Notes under the pieces: generated by a model | What the model was told of the DNA's origin: nothing | Database searches by the model: none | What the model saw: only the letters and a program-made list of their open reading frames with translations | Position numbers and translations under genes: made by a program | Part shown: piece after piece, positions 12,405 to 26,190 of the stretch | How the letters are laid out: each line of letters opens with the position of its first letter | How positions within the stretch are numbered: position 1 is the first letter of the stretch | From: Lytechinus pictus | Taxonomy: Eukaryota | DNA length: 64,000 bases | Assembly: GCF_037042905.1 (NCBI RefSeq) | Contig: NC_087256.1 | Coordinates: forward strand, 16,244,001 to 16,308,000 | Direction of reading: 5' to 3'

Positions 12405-12649
12405 CTGATCATGTATTGTCACGCCATAAATAGATAATAATTATAATATTAAGTTTTTGCACTGAGCTCAATATATCAAAATGATATCTCTACACTGAAA
12501 GCTGTCACTCTATTGCTTAAACCTTTTTTAAACAACTTGTCAAAAAGAAAAGATTAAACAATAGTTGTTCAAGCGAGGGGCTTAGGCAGAGTTGCTTAAA
12601 ATTTCAAAGAGCATTTATTAAGTATAAGCACCTGTACAGATATATTATT

Positions 12650-12740
12650 CCGGTCATCAGATCCTGGCTTGCCAGCACACAATGCATGCACTTTATCCAC
12701 TCCATGGCGAATATTCCAACAAGAGTTTCTGAACTCCATT
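12650..12740 (-). mobile_element. SINE tail fragment
   Basis: ggtcatcagatcctgg...cacaatgcatgcac...ttccaacaagagtt is shared with 26795-26880 and partly with about 57865-57895. Confidence 0.55.
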
Positions 12741-12857
12741 GTTAGGCATACTACACAGCCTAGTAGGCACTGTGTAGTTCTGATAAATACTGCCCTCTTT
12801 GATAATGATATCATAAGAGTACTATATAATGGAGAAATGATGGTAAAATATTATTAA

Positions 12858-13444
12858 AGGAGAATGAAACCCTTGAAACCAGCTGAATCCATATCAAAGA
12901 GAAAAATCAAAGAAACATATTGTTGAAAGTTTGAGGAAGATTGAATGAATAATAAGAAAGTTATGAGCATTCGAATATTGAGATCACTAGTGCCATGTAG
13001 ATCCTCCCAACGGCAATGCGACCAAGATCTGTGATATCACACACGTACAACTCCCTCATTACTCTAGTACTTATTTCACTTATATTCTCACTTTTATAGA
13101 GTCTATCACATGGTGAGGTGTTAATCTCTTTATGAGATGACAAGTAGAGAGGTTTCACAACATTATATCATTGATGAATCATTTTGTCATATGATTAGAA
13201 TGAGCAAAAAGATATGTTTTGGGGTATATTTTCAGTGTCCAAATGGGAGAGTTGTACGTGTGTGACATCACAGATCTTGGTCGCATTGCCAATGGGAGGA
13301 TCTCCATAGCATTAGTGATCTCGACATTCAAATGCTCATAACTCTTTTATTGCTAGTCCTATTTTACTCAAAGTTTTGTTGATCTTATTCTTTGATTTTT
13401 CTGCTTTCACAAAAGCTAACTTGCTCCAAGAGTTTCATTCTCCT
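12858..13444. mobile_element. TTAA-target MITE with long inverted arms (Kolobok-like)
   Basis: TTAA|AGGAGAATGAAAC ... GTTTCATTCTCCT|TTAA; arms are complementary over about 200 bp. Confidence 0.9.
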
Positions 13445-14937
13445 TTAATAATATTTATAATTCATAACATTAGTGACATAATTCTTCCAGAAAGACAAAA
13501 CATTAACAAAAATCTCAAAGTCAAATGTTCAGGAAAAAAAAATTTTTTGCATAATATTGTTATTGCAATGTTCATCTAGCATTTGATACGGAGTTGTGTC
13601 TTCAATTTTGAGATCGAGAGCTGGAATTAGGATCAACTGATTTTTGGATGGAATATCTATTCTTTGAACAAAAAGGAATTCCCTATCCCACCACCCCCCA
13701 AAAAAATTGATAACTATTATTTCCCCATGTATATGGCTTTCAAGTACTACACGGTACATAGAAAGGTAAACTTTAAATTTAATGTATAGGAAAAAAGGTA
13801 AAAAATATAAATTTTAATCTATTTTGGATAAGAAAATTCCCCTTTTCAGTCACACCTTTTCTCAATTAAATTGATCTCCAAATAAATTTCTCATCCCTGA
13901 ACTATGAAATTTGAAGAACAATAATCATGAATAAACAGCATAGTTTATATGGTTAAACAAAAAGAAAACACAAACAGATCATTTTAATTAATCTTATTAT
14001 GGGAAATATATTCATTTCAGGTGTTTTAAAAATATTTTTTTCGGTGACCTTCAATTATGATGATCTGGTGTCAATCATAGTTTGATTTTATTTTGGGAGA
14101 TAATATTTTAGTAGTTATCGAAAATATTCTTGTGGTGATCTCTTTCCATTTATGACAATTCGATTCAGCCCAATACGGCATCCATTGTGGCCGCAATGCA
14201 GGCAAAGAAATTAGTGCCTTTGAGGCTTGCGTAAGAAGAAGAGTAACATTATTTATGACACTTCAATGATATTTCCCAAGTGAGTAATTGGCCTTTACAC
14301 ACAGTCTAGTGCGCACTGTGGCCATAGGTCCCCAAGGGATGGTAACCACGCACAGTATCGCAGCAAAAAATAGGAGATTGGTAGTAGTAGAATGGGCATT
14401 GTAAATAATATCCCCCTCAAAAAAACAATGCCCAACCACCCCATCCCCCACCCTCCATATTTTCAGACCACAGTGGGCGCACTGGGATGCGCACCACAGA
14501 GTGGGCAGAAGCAGAGATTGGATGACAAATGATGAGTCCAGCACAATTTAAAATCAAAATAATTCATTCAACCTCAAAAAATGATAATTTTTTGCTATTT
14601 TTTCTTTTCGCAAGCCAGCAGTTCAGAATTCTCATGAACAACGTAATATGGTAGCACAATAGTACATTTTCCTTAGAAAGAATAAAACTGAGTTTCTACA
14701 ATGTTAGTGCATGGCAAAAAAAAATGAAGAGTAGGAGGAATAGAGGCTGTTCTCATTACGCTTTCTAAAACTAGTTTACTGGAAGCCGATTCAGGAAACC
14801 AGTTTGGAAGATCGCTTTGCTAGCATTCCCACTTGATCACACGAAAGTGGTTTTCAAAATCACTTCACGTAAAGCGATCTTGTTGCTATGGAAACGCTCT
14901 CAGTGGGGTGACACGTTTCCCCCAAAATTTGAAACCG

Positions 14938-15038
14938 CAGTAGTAGTAGTGGCAGAAGCAGCAGTAGTAGTAGTAGTAATTGTAGTAGTAAAAGTAGTAG
15001 TAGTGGTGGTGGTGGTGGTAGAAGTAGTAGTAGTAGCA
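14938..15038. repeat. (GTA/GTG)n microsatellite, left part
   Basis: Visible triplet repeat running into the gap. Confidence 0.95.
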
Positions 15039-15182
15039 NNNNNNNNNNNNNNNNNNNNNNNNNNNNNNNNNNNNNNNNNNNNNNNNNNNNNNNNNNNNNN
15101 NNNNNNNNNNNNNNNNNNNNNNNNNNNNNNNNNNNNNNNNNNNNNNNNNNNNNNNNNNNNNNNNNNNNNNNNNNNNNNNNNN
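15039..15182. other. Assembly gap (144 N)
   Basis: Run of n. Confidence 1.
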
Positions 15183-15586
15183 TTGTCTATTGCCAACTCG
15201 TCCACTCATCACATGTTCTACCTTCATTTAGTCTGATGCCATTATGTCAATCAACATTTCGTCTAACAACCATTTGGTTCAATAACCATTTGGTCCAATC
15301 ATCACTTCGTCTAATCACCAGTCCATCTCTGACCATTTCGTCTCGTAACCAGTTCGTCTAATATCAATTTATTTTCATTCATTTTGCCCAATTAACATTT
15401 AGTCCAGTTAGACGAAATGGCATGTGGATTAAATGGCTATTGGATCAACTGGTTATTAGATAAAATCGTGAGTAGACGATATGGCAATTAGACCATGTGG
15501 AAAGTGGACGAACTGACAGTAGACCAAATGAAAGTAGACAAGTTGGTAATTGGACGAATTGGCATTGGACCAATTGAAAATAAACC
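15183..15586. mobile_element. Second copy of the foldback-like subrepeat element
   Basis: Colinear with 8628-9044 and ends aaataaacc; the left end is lost in the gap. Confidence 0.82.
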
Positions 15587-15626
15587 AGTAATAGTAGAAG
15601 TAGTAGTAGTAGTAGCAGAAGCAGCA

Positions 15627-15660
<34 letters not shown>

Positions 15661-15690
15661 AAGCAGTATCAGCAGCAGAAATAGTAGAAC
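15587..15690. repeat. (GTA/GCA)n microsatellite, right part
   Basis: Visible triplet repeat. Confidence 0.95.
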
Positions 15691-17910
15691 AGCATTTTCC
15701 AGCTGCCCTTTCACCAACATTACATTCAAGAACTTGAAACTCTAAATTATTTTTTATCATTTGAACAAAGACATGTATACAGAATATAATATGTCAAATT
15801 AAATCTTATTTCTTTATATGTGTATCAAATCCCTTTTAAATAAATATTCAGTTGTTTTAAAGATATTTCTTATTGCCAAAACATCTCAGGGCAACTCAGG
15901 GCCCTCAATGACAGCAGTTTGTTAACTGATGAGGCCACCCTGATTAAATAAAACTAAAAATAAAAAATAACAAATTAGTATGAAATATTCAAATTTGAGT
16001 TCAAACTATTGGAAAGGAAGTGGGTCAGTTCACCTTTTCAAAGTTCACAATATTACTTGAGGAGTGCAACCTTTTTACAACTATTCCAGCCTTTCATCAC
16101 CTGATATAATTTATTTCTTCCTTCCAGTTTCCGCTCACTTTCTCCTGTTTCGGATCAACTGCAAACTATTCTCTAAAGACCTCTGTAGTATGATGATGAT
16201 TTATGAAAACTTTACTTTCCATTTGCTTCTTTTTTTTAAAGACCTGCATATACATCATATTTCACAATGAAACTGCTGTAGTTTGAACTATTGCAACCAT
16301 TAAACTGATTAAAAGAAAGGACTAAAAAGAATAAATTTACAAAATTCCTTAAACATTCAAAAAAATTAATAATAAAATGTAAGAAATAAATATAAATAAA
16401 ATTAATAGTAATGATTATAATAATACTTATCATATCAACAATAACCAAAGCATATGCGTCCTTGATAATAACAATTATATAGCTCTTCATATAGGTTCTT
16501 CAAAGTATACAGGTGGGCTTACTAAAAATTGATAACAGAAGCAAATTGGAATGGACTGTACTGCAAAATTGACCAAAAATAATTATAATGCTAAACTTGT
16601 AATTTGTAAGTACTATTGCTAAAATGTTATGAATGTTCTGACTGGTGAAGCAATTTGAAAATATGTTTGGACTTGGAAATCTTCTTCAAGTGGGTGGGTT
16701 CGATGTCGGAAAAAAGAAGTATATGCCTTTTTGGGATTTTAAGCAATGTTGGAGCCCCCCCCCCAAAAAAAAGAAAATGTTAATATAAAGGTTGCTTGAA
16801 CATATAAGGGCATTAATTGAAAATATAAAGTGTATATGAGGCAATACAGTACTTGTATTATATTACTACACCTGAAAGTCATGAATCACATTGTTGCCTT
16901 TCAAACCATACAAAACAATTTACCAATTACACAAAGGTGCCCATTTCGGATAATAGCATCATTATGCACCACACAGGGTGAATAATAGTCAAGTAATACC
17001 ATTACATCAATGGATGAAGTGCACAAAGAAAGACAGATATATGGGAGAAGAAAGGGAGAAGGCTTAGGAATCCTTCCGTTAGGTCTCATCTTTCGTTCTT
17101 TCTTTCATCTTAGGGGCAAGTAGCCTCTGGGACACACACATTGATGAAACCTCAAGGAATAGCAGGGGCTCCATTGGGAGTCCCCCAAAACCACAAAGTA
17201 TTAACAGAGGGACCGAGAGAGATCCTTACTTTCTTTCACCAGTTCCCCCCTTCAACAAAGGGTTCACTTCATAAAGCCAATGGACCAACCCATTTATTGT
17301 GATGGTATTATTTTGTATTATTAACCTCCTTTTGCTTTATTAATCCCATCCCATCCCGTCCTGCCCGCCCGCCCCAACCCACTTTCCCCACTTTTTGTCT
17401 AAGGGTCAACAACTTCCACAAAATTTCTAGTTATGATTTTTTTTTTTTAATAATGGCAGCACATTAGGCCTATGTTGAACAAGAAATTTAGTAACTTAAA
17501 ATGTTGATTTTTGTATTATTTATCTATCTATCTATCCATCCATCCATCCATCCATCCATTCATTTTATTTATTTATTCATTCATTTATTGGGGTATGATT
17601 AATCGTTGACCTAAAAATCATAGGTATGTAAGCATGATTTGTGACAGCATCCATCGTGCCCTATATGGCTTATTTTAAAAATTAAAATGCTTGATTAGGC
17701 CTATACATTCAGTGAATAACATAAAGCAGCAGGACATTTCTTTATTAATCACAATACTTATACCGCTATCTTGATTGAATAACAATTTGTCTCAAGTTAA
17801 TAATCTCCTTCAGATACCTGAGGCAATCATTCTGGGAACTTGATTGGCAAGAGGGTTTTGATTTAATTATGGATATATTCAATAATCTTGACTAGACTTG
17901 TCTTGCTTAA

Positions 17911-18813
17911 AGGTCAAGCCCACCCCAGAAAAATGATGATTTAAATAAATATAGAAAAAACAAACAAGCATAATGCTGAAAATTTCATCAAAATTGGATA
18001 TATTATGAGAAAGTTATGACATTTTCAAGTTTCGCTTATTTTTCACGAAACAGTGATATGCACAATTCACTCACTATTTCTTTTGTTTTTTATTGGTTGA
18101 ATTATAAAAAAAAAATCATTTTTTTATATATTTGAAAATAAGGACCAGAGCTGCCAAGTTGTATTTTGTATTTTCAGTATTCTTGCAAGCTAAAATGCGC
18201 ACTGCTCTTGCAGATGAAAAAAAAAACCATTGAAACTTGTGTATGTCTCACCTTGGTTTTTACAAAAAGATTGAAAAAAAAACAAGTTACCTGAAATTAC
18301 ATTGATCTAATAACCATATGTGTGTACGTTTTATGAAATAGAGATGATTTATCTCAATAAATTACGATTTTTTTTTTTTTTACAAAAAACATATTTTTTA
18401 AAGAAAAAACGTACTGCCGTATTTTGGTTGCAAACACGTACTAAATACGGCTAAAACGTACTGGTTGGCAGGTCTGAAGGACCAACTTGACTGAACCATA
18501 TAATATTAAACAATGCTAATTCAACATGTTCAGGGAGGAAATAATTGTTATTTCACTTGACAATGAGGAGAAAATTAGAATTTTGCATATTTCATATAAT
18601 AAAATACCAAAGAAATAGTGAGTCGACGACATCAGTTTCCTCATTTGCATTTCCACCAGGATGTGAATATAACTGTTTTGTGAAATTATGCAAAACTTTA
18701 AAATATCATTACTTTCTTATTTTACATCCAAATTTGATGAATTTTCAGTGTTATGCTTGTTGGATTTTTCTCTTTTTATTCAAATAAACTTTTTGTTGGG
18801 GTGGACTTGTCCT
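17911..18813. mobile_element. TTAA-target MITE (Kolobok-like family B), interrupted by a nested element
   Basis: TTAA|AGGTCAAGCCCACCCC ... GGGGTGGACTTGTCCT|TGAA; homologous to the copies at 28097, 33162 and 62542. Confidence 0.85.
18146..18476. mobile_element. hAT-like MITE nested in the TTAA element, 6-bp TSD
   Basis: TIR cagagctgccaa / ttggcaggtctg; AAGGAC duplicated at 18140-18145 and 18477-18482. Confidence 0.8.
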
Positions 18814-19306
18814 TGAAGTATGATAAATTAACGAGAATAAATTGAATACTAGTCCAGAAACCTATAAATTTCATCAATACTGCATAAAGTTGTCTGCACA
18901 AGGTGTTGATGTATGAGTATCAAAATAAGAATCAACCATTCGACCAATTATCTTTAGTCATTAGGCTTCTAGAGTACTTAGAAAATGGCCCATGCATGTC
19001 ATCCGTCAAAGGCACTCAATCTGCAGCCCACTCACATGCCGATCATTATTTCATGAATTGCTATAAAAACTGAACATCTCTTCATGATTCTCATTAAACA
19101 AAAAATCAGTTTCGTTCCTTGCCGAATGATCACTGGGAACATTGGCATTTTTCTCAGATTTTTCGTTATTCTTTACTTATGTCTCATATGGTTCAAAGAA
19201 AAGGTGCTAGAACATGAAAGCCATCCCTGCGCGTACAAATGAAAGATTTGCCAAGTCACTGAAGCCAGGCAGGAGCACATCAAGTATTCAATGGTGAGAT
19301 TGTTTA

Positions 19307-19448
19307 TGGCGCAGTCACGTTTCCCCGTACGGCGAGTCAAAAACAGCCGTTTTCACATTTTTTGTACCAGCTACATACAGGTGGTTTTAATAAAAAGGCT
19401 GTAATCGACTCGCCTTACGGCCGCCGTAGGGGAAATGTGACTGCAGCA
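19307..19448. mobile_element. Small Harbinger-like MITE
   Basis: TIR tggcgcagtcacgtttcccc / ggggaaatgtgactgcagca; TSD TTA. Confidence 0.8.
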
Positions 19449-19893
19449 TTAGCGAGAAAAATCAAAGCTTGTGATGGAGTTTCAGTAAGCAGTTGGGGAA
19501 CCAGAGGATTTAGATCTACCGATCTTTCCTTTTTTTGTCAAAAGGTCCCCCCATCCCTCTCAGTCTCAGTAGCCCTTGTAATGATTATTCTCACTGTCCA
19601 CAGCAAATAACATAGAAGCACAGTGAACAATACAAAGTTCTTGGCACGGAAGTTGGTCAAACTTTATGCAATCATGGAATAAGTCTACAGGGAAAAGTAG
19701 AATGAAGGTTTCTTCTTGCTTTTAATATGCAAGGCTGATTCTTAGCAAGACAATTTTTCTTATAGCAGTAACTGAAGTGTTTAAAATCAATTAGTTAAAT
19801 AAATGAATGAATTGATTAATTAGAGGCATTGTTTCCTTAACAAGTGGACTTTATAACAAACATTTATTTTAGTGCCCCTTGCATATTCCTTAC

Positions 19894-19967
19894 CCAGTTG
19901 CAATGACTGCATAAGTTTTCTTGGCCCTTTCATAGAATGCAAACCTCTCGATCGTTGCCATGGATAC
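19894..19967 (-). CDS. FUOM: Fucose mutarotase internal exon (probably exon 5): VSMATIERFAFYERAKKTYAVIAT(G)
   Basis: Acceptor tttcttattttacag, donor gtaagg; 74 bp, phase 0-2. Matches the conserved IERFxFYERAKKxxAVxATG motif of FucU/RbsD-family mutarotases. Confidence 0.96.
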
Positions 19968-20039
19968 CTGTAAAATAAGAAACAAAAAGAGAAGCATTGG
20001 ACCCAATGACATTAATAATCATAAATAAAGGATACAACA

Positions 20040-20740
20040 TCTGGAATCAAAATAACCTATTTAGTATTAATAAAGACAATTTGAAATTACATCAAGTTAA
20101 ATTTAGCATAATATCAAATCAAATTGCGTCAGAGTTAATTGTAAGTTAACAAATCCGAACAATACCAAATTGAATTGAAATCTTGGTAAATGTAATTATC
20201 TATACATCACAGCAAACTAAACAGAGCTACTAATATCAAATAATATCAAGACCAAATTGCATAAAATGAAATCAAATCAGATTTTTTTTTCAAATATCAA
20301 ATTATATCATTTAACAATACTTTACATTAACTCAAAACACAATCACGTAAGAAATGGAATTATATAATCAAATCAAACACAGCAAAATTCAACAGAATCA
20401 AATCAATCCTAAAACAATGAGCTATTTTTATATCCAATAATATAAATCAAATCAATTAAATAACGCTAAAACATTTATCCAAAAGGTCGATTTCATCACT
20501 GTCAATTTTATCCCAGTGCATACTTTAATATCACTCTAATTAAAATCTATCAATTAAAAACACAGTCATAGAACTGAATCGCATAAAATCATATTGAATA
20601 ATTCCAAGAGAAGTAAAACCAATTAAAAAAGATTAAATCAAATTAAATCAAACTAAGACAAACCAAACCAAATGAAACAGAATTAAAAGAAATCATTTCA
20701 AATCAAATCAATGACATTAAATCAAATAATTCAAATTGAG
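20040..20740. repeat. Degenerate (AAATC)-like low-complexity tract filling the FUOM intron
   Basis: Dense aaatc/aaatt pentamers. Confidence 0.7.
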
Positions 20741-20753
20741 CACTTCAATATAC

Positions 20754-20855
20754 CTCTGAGCCATTGTGTTTGTTAAGTATTGCTTGGTATTCATCCCATA
20801 CAGGAGTTTTGACTCCTTTCTCCTTATCAGAAGGAGCGACTTCCATTGTTTGAGC
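20754..20855 (-). CDS. FUOM: Fucose mutarotase internal exon (probably exon 4): AQTMEVAPSDKEKGVKTPVWDEYQAILNKHNGSE
   Basis: Acceptor gtgtttttcattcag, donor gtatat; 102 bp, phase 0-0. Matches MExxPSDKExGxxTPVWxEY of FUOM. Confidence 0.95.
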
Positions 20856-21501
20856 CTGAATGAAAAACACAAATATACATGTATATTAATATTTTTTATT
20901 TTAAAAATGGCTGGAGTATAATTGTATTGTCCATTTCTATTGAATTAATATTCTTGCAATAAACATATAACAAAAAAGTAGGGTATCATCTCCAAATATA
21001 CAAGCTATTTAAAATGCACATTCTTACATAGCAGGTGAAGTATTTGGAAAATATCAAGAAGATTTTCACTATTATATTGATCAGTCCTTAAAAGCGTTTG
21101 TAAGTTAAAAATAAATAAATTGTAAAATGGCTAAGATTAAATGCCAAACCTTAATTTGGGCACTGCTGTTACATACAACCAAAAACCTTGACACAGGCTA
21201 CAAATTACATGGACTGCACTGAATCTTATGTACATAATTTAGTGAATTTCTGTAAACTTCTATATGGAAGATAAAAATATATCATTAGATTTCAACCTTT
21301 GAAATACTTCTGCCAGCATGCAAATACCTGACCTTTTATCAAATCCTAGAGATTACCACGACCTAATTAAACTAATACTATACATTCCATTATTCCTTGA
21401 ATTTTGCTCTTCATTGGTAAATTATTCGATAAGGCAGCCTTAAATATCAGTTTGTGCCTGGTTAAAAATCGTTTACACTCAATCATGTATTAAAGATCGC
21501 A

Positions 21502-21775
21502 AACAAGTGGAATGCCTCTGGCAGTCTTGCCTGCATTACGTGATTCAATAAAGCAGCAGCGCTGACTTTGAAAACAACTAAGATGAATAATTCTTCACAA
21601 AAAACACCATTCATACTTAGTTCATTGAACCTAAATGACCTTTGACCTTGACCATGTGACCTGACACTAACCTTACAGGCAACTTTCATGCAATAGATCC
21701 ATTTATGATACCACTTAAAAACTTAACCATGGTTAAGATTTCAATGTTGATACAGCATTGTCAAAGTTTATTGAT
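21502..21775 (-). mobile_element. Truncated copy of the DINE-1/Helentron-like element
   Basis: Begins aacaagtggaatgcctctggc as at 6833 and retains the tgacctttgacct core and aaaacttaacc segment. Confidence 0.8.
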
Positions 21776-22996
21776 TACAAAAATGTATAAACAGTCAGGT
21801 ATAACAGTCCCTCACAACAACCTATTAGCACATTGCTATTTTAAACTTTTTTTCAAACAAACTGAGAAATAACCTGAACTATACATAGCATGAGTCAAAA
21901 GTTGATTAAATTTTATCCCTTGCCTTGTTGATCCTTTTCTTGCAAAACATTATTGTTTGGAAAGTTTTTATTCAAATACTCCATATTTCTGTTTATTATT
22001 CTTGCAACAGGCATGGGGACACCTTGATTTCCCAAGACGATAAGGATATTATTATACTTTCTTCATCAACGCATTGCCTTGTTCGCAAGAGCTAATAGAT
22101 CCATTAGGTGTTCTTTTTATCCATTTCCTAACCAGCGCAAACAAAAAAGATTAGCTGTGCTCTGCTGACGTAAGTTCCTTATATTTTCTTTTTATATAAA
22201 TTTAGATCAGCCTTTAAGCTCTTCTTTTATTCTGGACATTTCTTAACATTGTGAAGATTATATTTTTATATGATTTTGAGAGTATGAGGGTCAATTGATG
22301 GTATGGACATTCATTTGGTAAACAAAAGCAGGGTACACCTATACCATTTCTGAGTAAAACTATGTATAACAAATAATATTTGCCAGCAATGTAACACATA
22401 ACCGGAAAGGGCTCTGAAAGCTAAGATGGTACTAGAGGCTATTTCAGTAGCTAAAAAGGAAAAAAAAATATGTGAACCAAAACTTTTGAGGGTTTTTGCA
22501 AACAAAGATTTTCAGAAAAAAACTTTGGTGGGAGGTAGATGTCTTAAATGAGATTTTACATAAACAACTTTTCTTGGATCATTATTTGATTTAAATTTGC
22601 CATTCATTGCTTTCTCCATTAGATGTGAACATAGTTCAATGAACAAAAGGTAAAGTGTAGCTTTTTGGTGGGTTTATTTTATTTGGTTATTTATTTATCA
22701 TTATTATTATTTTTTGTTGGGGGGGGGGCTAAATAAATAAACCATTACAGAGACACATGTATTTCCAAAGTATCATAATTTCATGCGTAACGATATGACA
22801 AATGTAGCAGAACTATAACTGTAAAGAAAATCATGAAAAGTTATAATTTCATTATTTCCAAGTGTAACAGGACAACATCATGATTTGGGGGTCACTGTTC
22901 CTACAGTGAAAAAACAGATAAAATTTTGATTTCAGGGGGACATTGTTTTGTTTTTGTTACTTTGGCCTCAAGAACCAGATAATCTCTCGGGTGTGT

Positions 22997-23285
22997 GGGG
23001 ACATCATGGTCTAGTGGTTACTACTCCCATCTTTCAATCAGAGGGACGTAGGTTCAAATCACAGCCGTGTTTTCCTTCAGCAAGAAATTTCCCCACATTG
23101 TGCTGCACTTGACCCAGGTGAGGTGAATGGGTATCAGGAAGGATTCATTCCTCCTCGACGCTTTAGCGCCAATGTGGCAGATCAACTACGACCGGGAAAA
23201 TAATGATACCAAGTATCAAAGCACAGCTGAGTATGTGCACAGTGTAACTGCCCTTCTTAAATGGACATATTTTTATTATTATTAG
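22997..23285 (+). mobile_element. tRNA-derived SINE, tail type B
   Basis: Same head and central block as 5671, but tail ...gataccaagtatcaaagc...aaatggacatat(tta)n is shared with 40741. Confidence 0.85.
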
Positions 23286-25714
23286 TTTTTTCAGTTTGAT
23301 TTATTTTCTCAGTATAAAAAAACAATTTACAATATCATATGTATATACAGGAATGAAAATGACATAAAGGAGAAAAACGGAAACTAGTGAAAAAGTTTAT
23401 AAATGAGCCACAATATCCACTATTTAACTTTATTTGCTTTAAAGATAGTCTTTAGGTTGTCTTTGAATTCAGATACTAAATTTTTAGTGTGTATACATCA
23501 CTGCATATTTGTTCATTATACCAGACTACCAGTAACCAATAAAGCAGGGCAGTGCAATTATTTAACGCTCACATGCCAGAGGAAAATGTCTCACAATTCA
23601 TCCACCAATATTTAACAGAGTAGAAGGGGGAAAATATCATTTATTTTTACTACCAATTCATGCCCACTTTATTTGATATTGCCTCTTATAACTAGCCTAC
23701 CACACCATTCAAGCAAACCTGGATTCCTCTTCTCACGTCATCCACGTCTACAATTATTGATTTTTTTTTTAAAACTCTGCTCAAACCAACGCCCTAGCCT
23801 GGAGTATTTCACCTCTGCATTATGGCATAATTGTGCGATAAATATGTAATTACCCTGCTGGCATCGATTCCTGGTGTTGTTTTGCGACCCCCGAGAAATT
23901 GATAACGCACCACGAGACAATGGTGATCCTGCGTCAGCGGATAGAGCTGATGTCGGCCGTGCTCTATTTGCGTTACGGAAACGTTTGTCTCTTGGCAATT
24001 ATGGGTCGGCGCGAGGCCGGTTTTGGTACAAACATATGGAAAACCACCTGCTTATCAACTGGGCAAGCAGTATACGTGAAGGTTTGGAAAATGACACTAG
24101 ACAAAATAGGAATAGCAGTACAGGCAAAACTGAGAGGAAGATCAAGTGACCTATGTTAACTTTCATTCAAATACTTATGATATTGGCAATGAATTACTAA
24201 ACACAGATAAAAGAGGGTTTTTTTCTTACATAATCTATTTAAATTGAATGAGTATTCGGGAAAAATGCCACAATGTAGCGTTGCTACATTATTGAATCAT
24301 TTCAACAGGATTTGGGTACTACAGACCCCCCCCCCCCCCACACAAACACCTTGTAACGTAAGAACATGAATTAATTTGCAAACATAGCTGCAAGTCACCA
24401 ACCTTGAAATTAGGCTGGTGTTAACATTAATGTCAACTAAGGTATAAATTCACTTTATCAATAAAAGAGTCTTAACTTAGTAGATTTAAGAGCATATCTT
24501 AGCAACCTTATCCACATTCTCAACACCAGCACCGACTCAGACACCAACATCGTCGCAGACACCAACAATGACACCACACCATTACCAACACCCAAAACAT
24601 AACCAACACTGTAGTACTTAGCTGTGATGAATTACTTGTTATCATACTATGAGTATGATATCATGATTATGAATGAAAGAATATCTCCTGATAACTTATC
24701 TTGATCCATTAATACAGATCAAAGATTCTCAATGTTCTGATTGTCAAAAATGTCTTATTGTTGCTGTTGTTATTCCTGAGACCTGCAACATTAAACGATC
24801 AATATCAACACAAAACAGGTTTTTTTTTCCTTTGGCATTTGTATATTTTGTATTTCAAAAGGACATTGGTTCAGCAGGTGAAAGTTTACATGGAGAGTTA
24901 GTTTAGCAAATTTCTTTATAATTGAAAAAAGCACATGACATTTGCAGGCAATCACAAGATGCCTTCACATCAACGTCAAATCAAGCCTTTCAACAAAGAA
25001 TAACATAACAGACAGGGAAATATGCAATTAAAAATATGTCCTAGTTCTTAAGATTCTCATCAAAAAAATTGGAGCCAATTTGAGAGACAACAAGTTGCCT
25101 CCTTTCAGCAAAATGCAGCTAATTATGGGATCAGTGTTAAGCAGTTGGCTGCCAAATCAGGGACTGCTTGACTTTGGGGAATTGAGTGACGCGAATGTCC
25201 TTTATTGTCCGAAAGATCTTGCTTCTGGGCTTATTCGCTTTCCCACAAGATTAGGCATCAGATCGCAAGCACAAATAAAAGTGTGGTAATCAAAGAAGCT
25301 GAACAGAGTATGACACTGGAATGTGTAGGAGTAAAACCGTCTTTGGTAGCAATGACCAAAGGAGTGAGTGATGAAAATATGATATGCGTATCCAAATCTC
25401 AATCCACATCAAGAAAACTAGCCACTCGAGAGATTGGTACGGGTATGATCATATCTTTATTCAATGTTTTAAATAAATCGCTCAAGACACTTGATAGTAC
25501 TTGACTGATGTTTGTTAAAGGGTGAAAATAAAAGGTATTAGTTTCACCAAGTTGAAATGTCTCTTAGGTAAGAGAGAAAACACCAAGGGTAACAACAAAT
25601 AGTTCAAGTCGTACAAAGTATTTATCATGTAAAATATATATTTCTCATGTAACTCGGAATAGGCCTACTATCATCCAAGTCCAACCATGACATGACGATC
25701 AAACACAAAAAGAG

Positions 25715-25960
25715 TATATGATGTTTAAGATGACAACGATGATGATAATGATTAGACCTCTGGTAATAATGGATTAGACAGGGAATATGAATTGGAAAGT
25801 GTTTAAAGTATTGGGCAATGATTAAGTTATTAGATGAATATGGTGATGGTGACGGTGATAAAGATTACGAAAGATTACAATAAAGATGATGATTAGAATA
25901 ATGATGATAAGAGCAATGATGATCAAGGAGATGATGATGAAAAGAAAGATAAGAGCGATA
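25715..25960. repeat. Degenerate (GAT)n low-complexity tract
   Basis: gat/gac/aat triplets. Confidence 0.7.
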
Positions 25961-26190
25961 AACACGTTTTATCTTTCTAAACTCTTTGAAATTACCTCAC
26001 TGCTATACCAATCATCACTTAAATTCATTCATACATTTTATGCTTTTATAAGTTAGAACACTGATTACAATGGGAAACTGAAATCTTTCAGGGAGCACGG
26101 GGTCTGCCTGACGTAACACCTTCCAAATAGACACAAGCATAGAATAACTGTCTGTTCATATCTACTGCTGATTGTAAACAGAAATCTAAT

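Noticed and set aside
14817-15760. Poly-V/T/L/Y ORFs
   Set aside because: Translations of the (GTA)n microsatellite and the N gap.
19566-19593. Candidate last FUOM exon (G)ENNHYKGY*
   Set aside because: Phase fits, but the acceptor is weak and the conserved YGNxILxKGV motif is absent.
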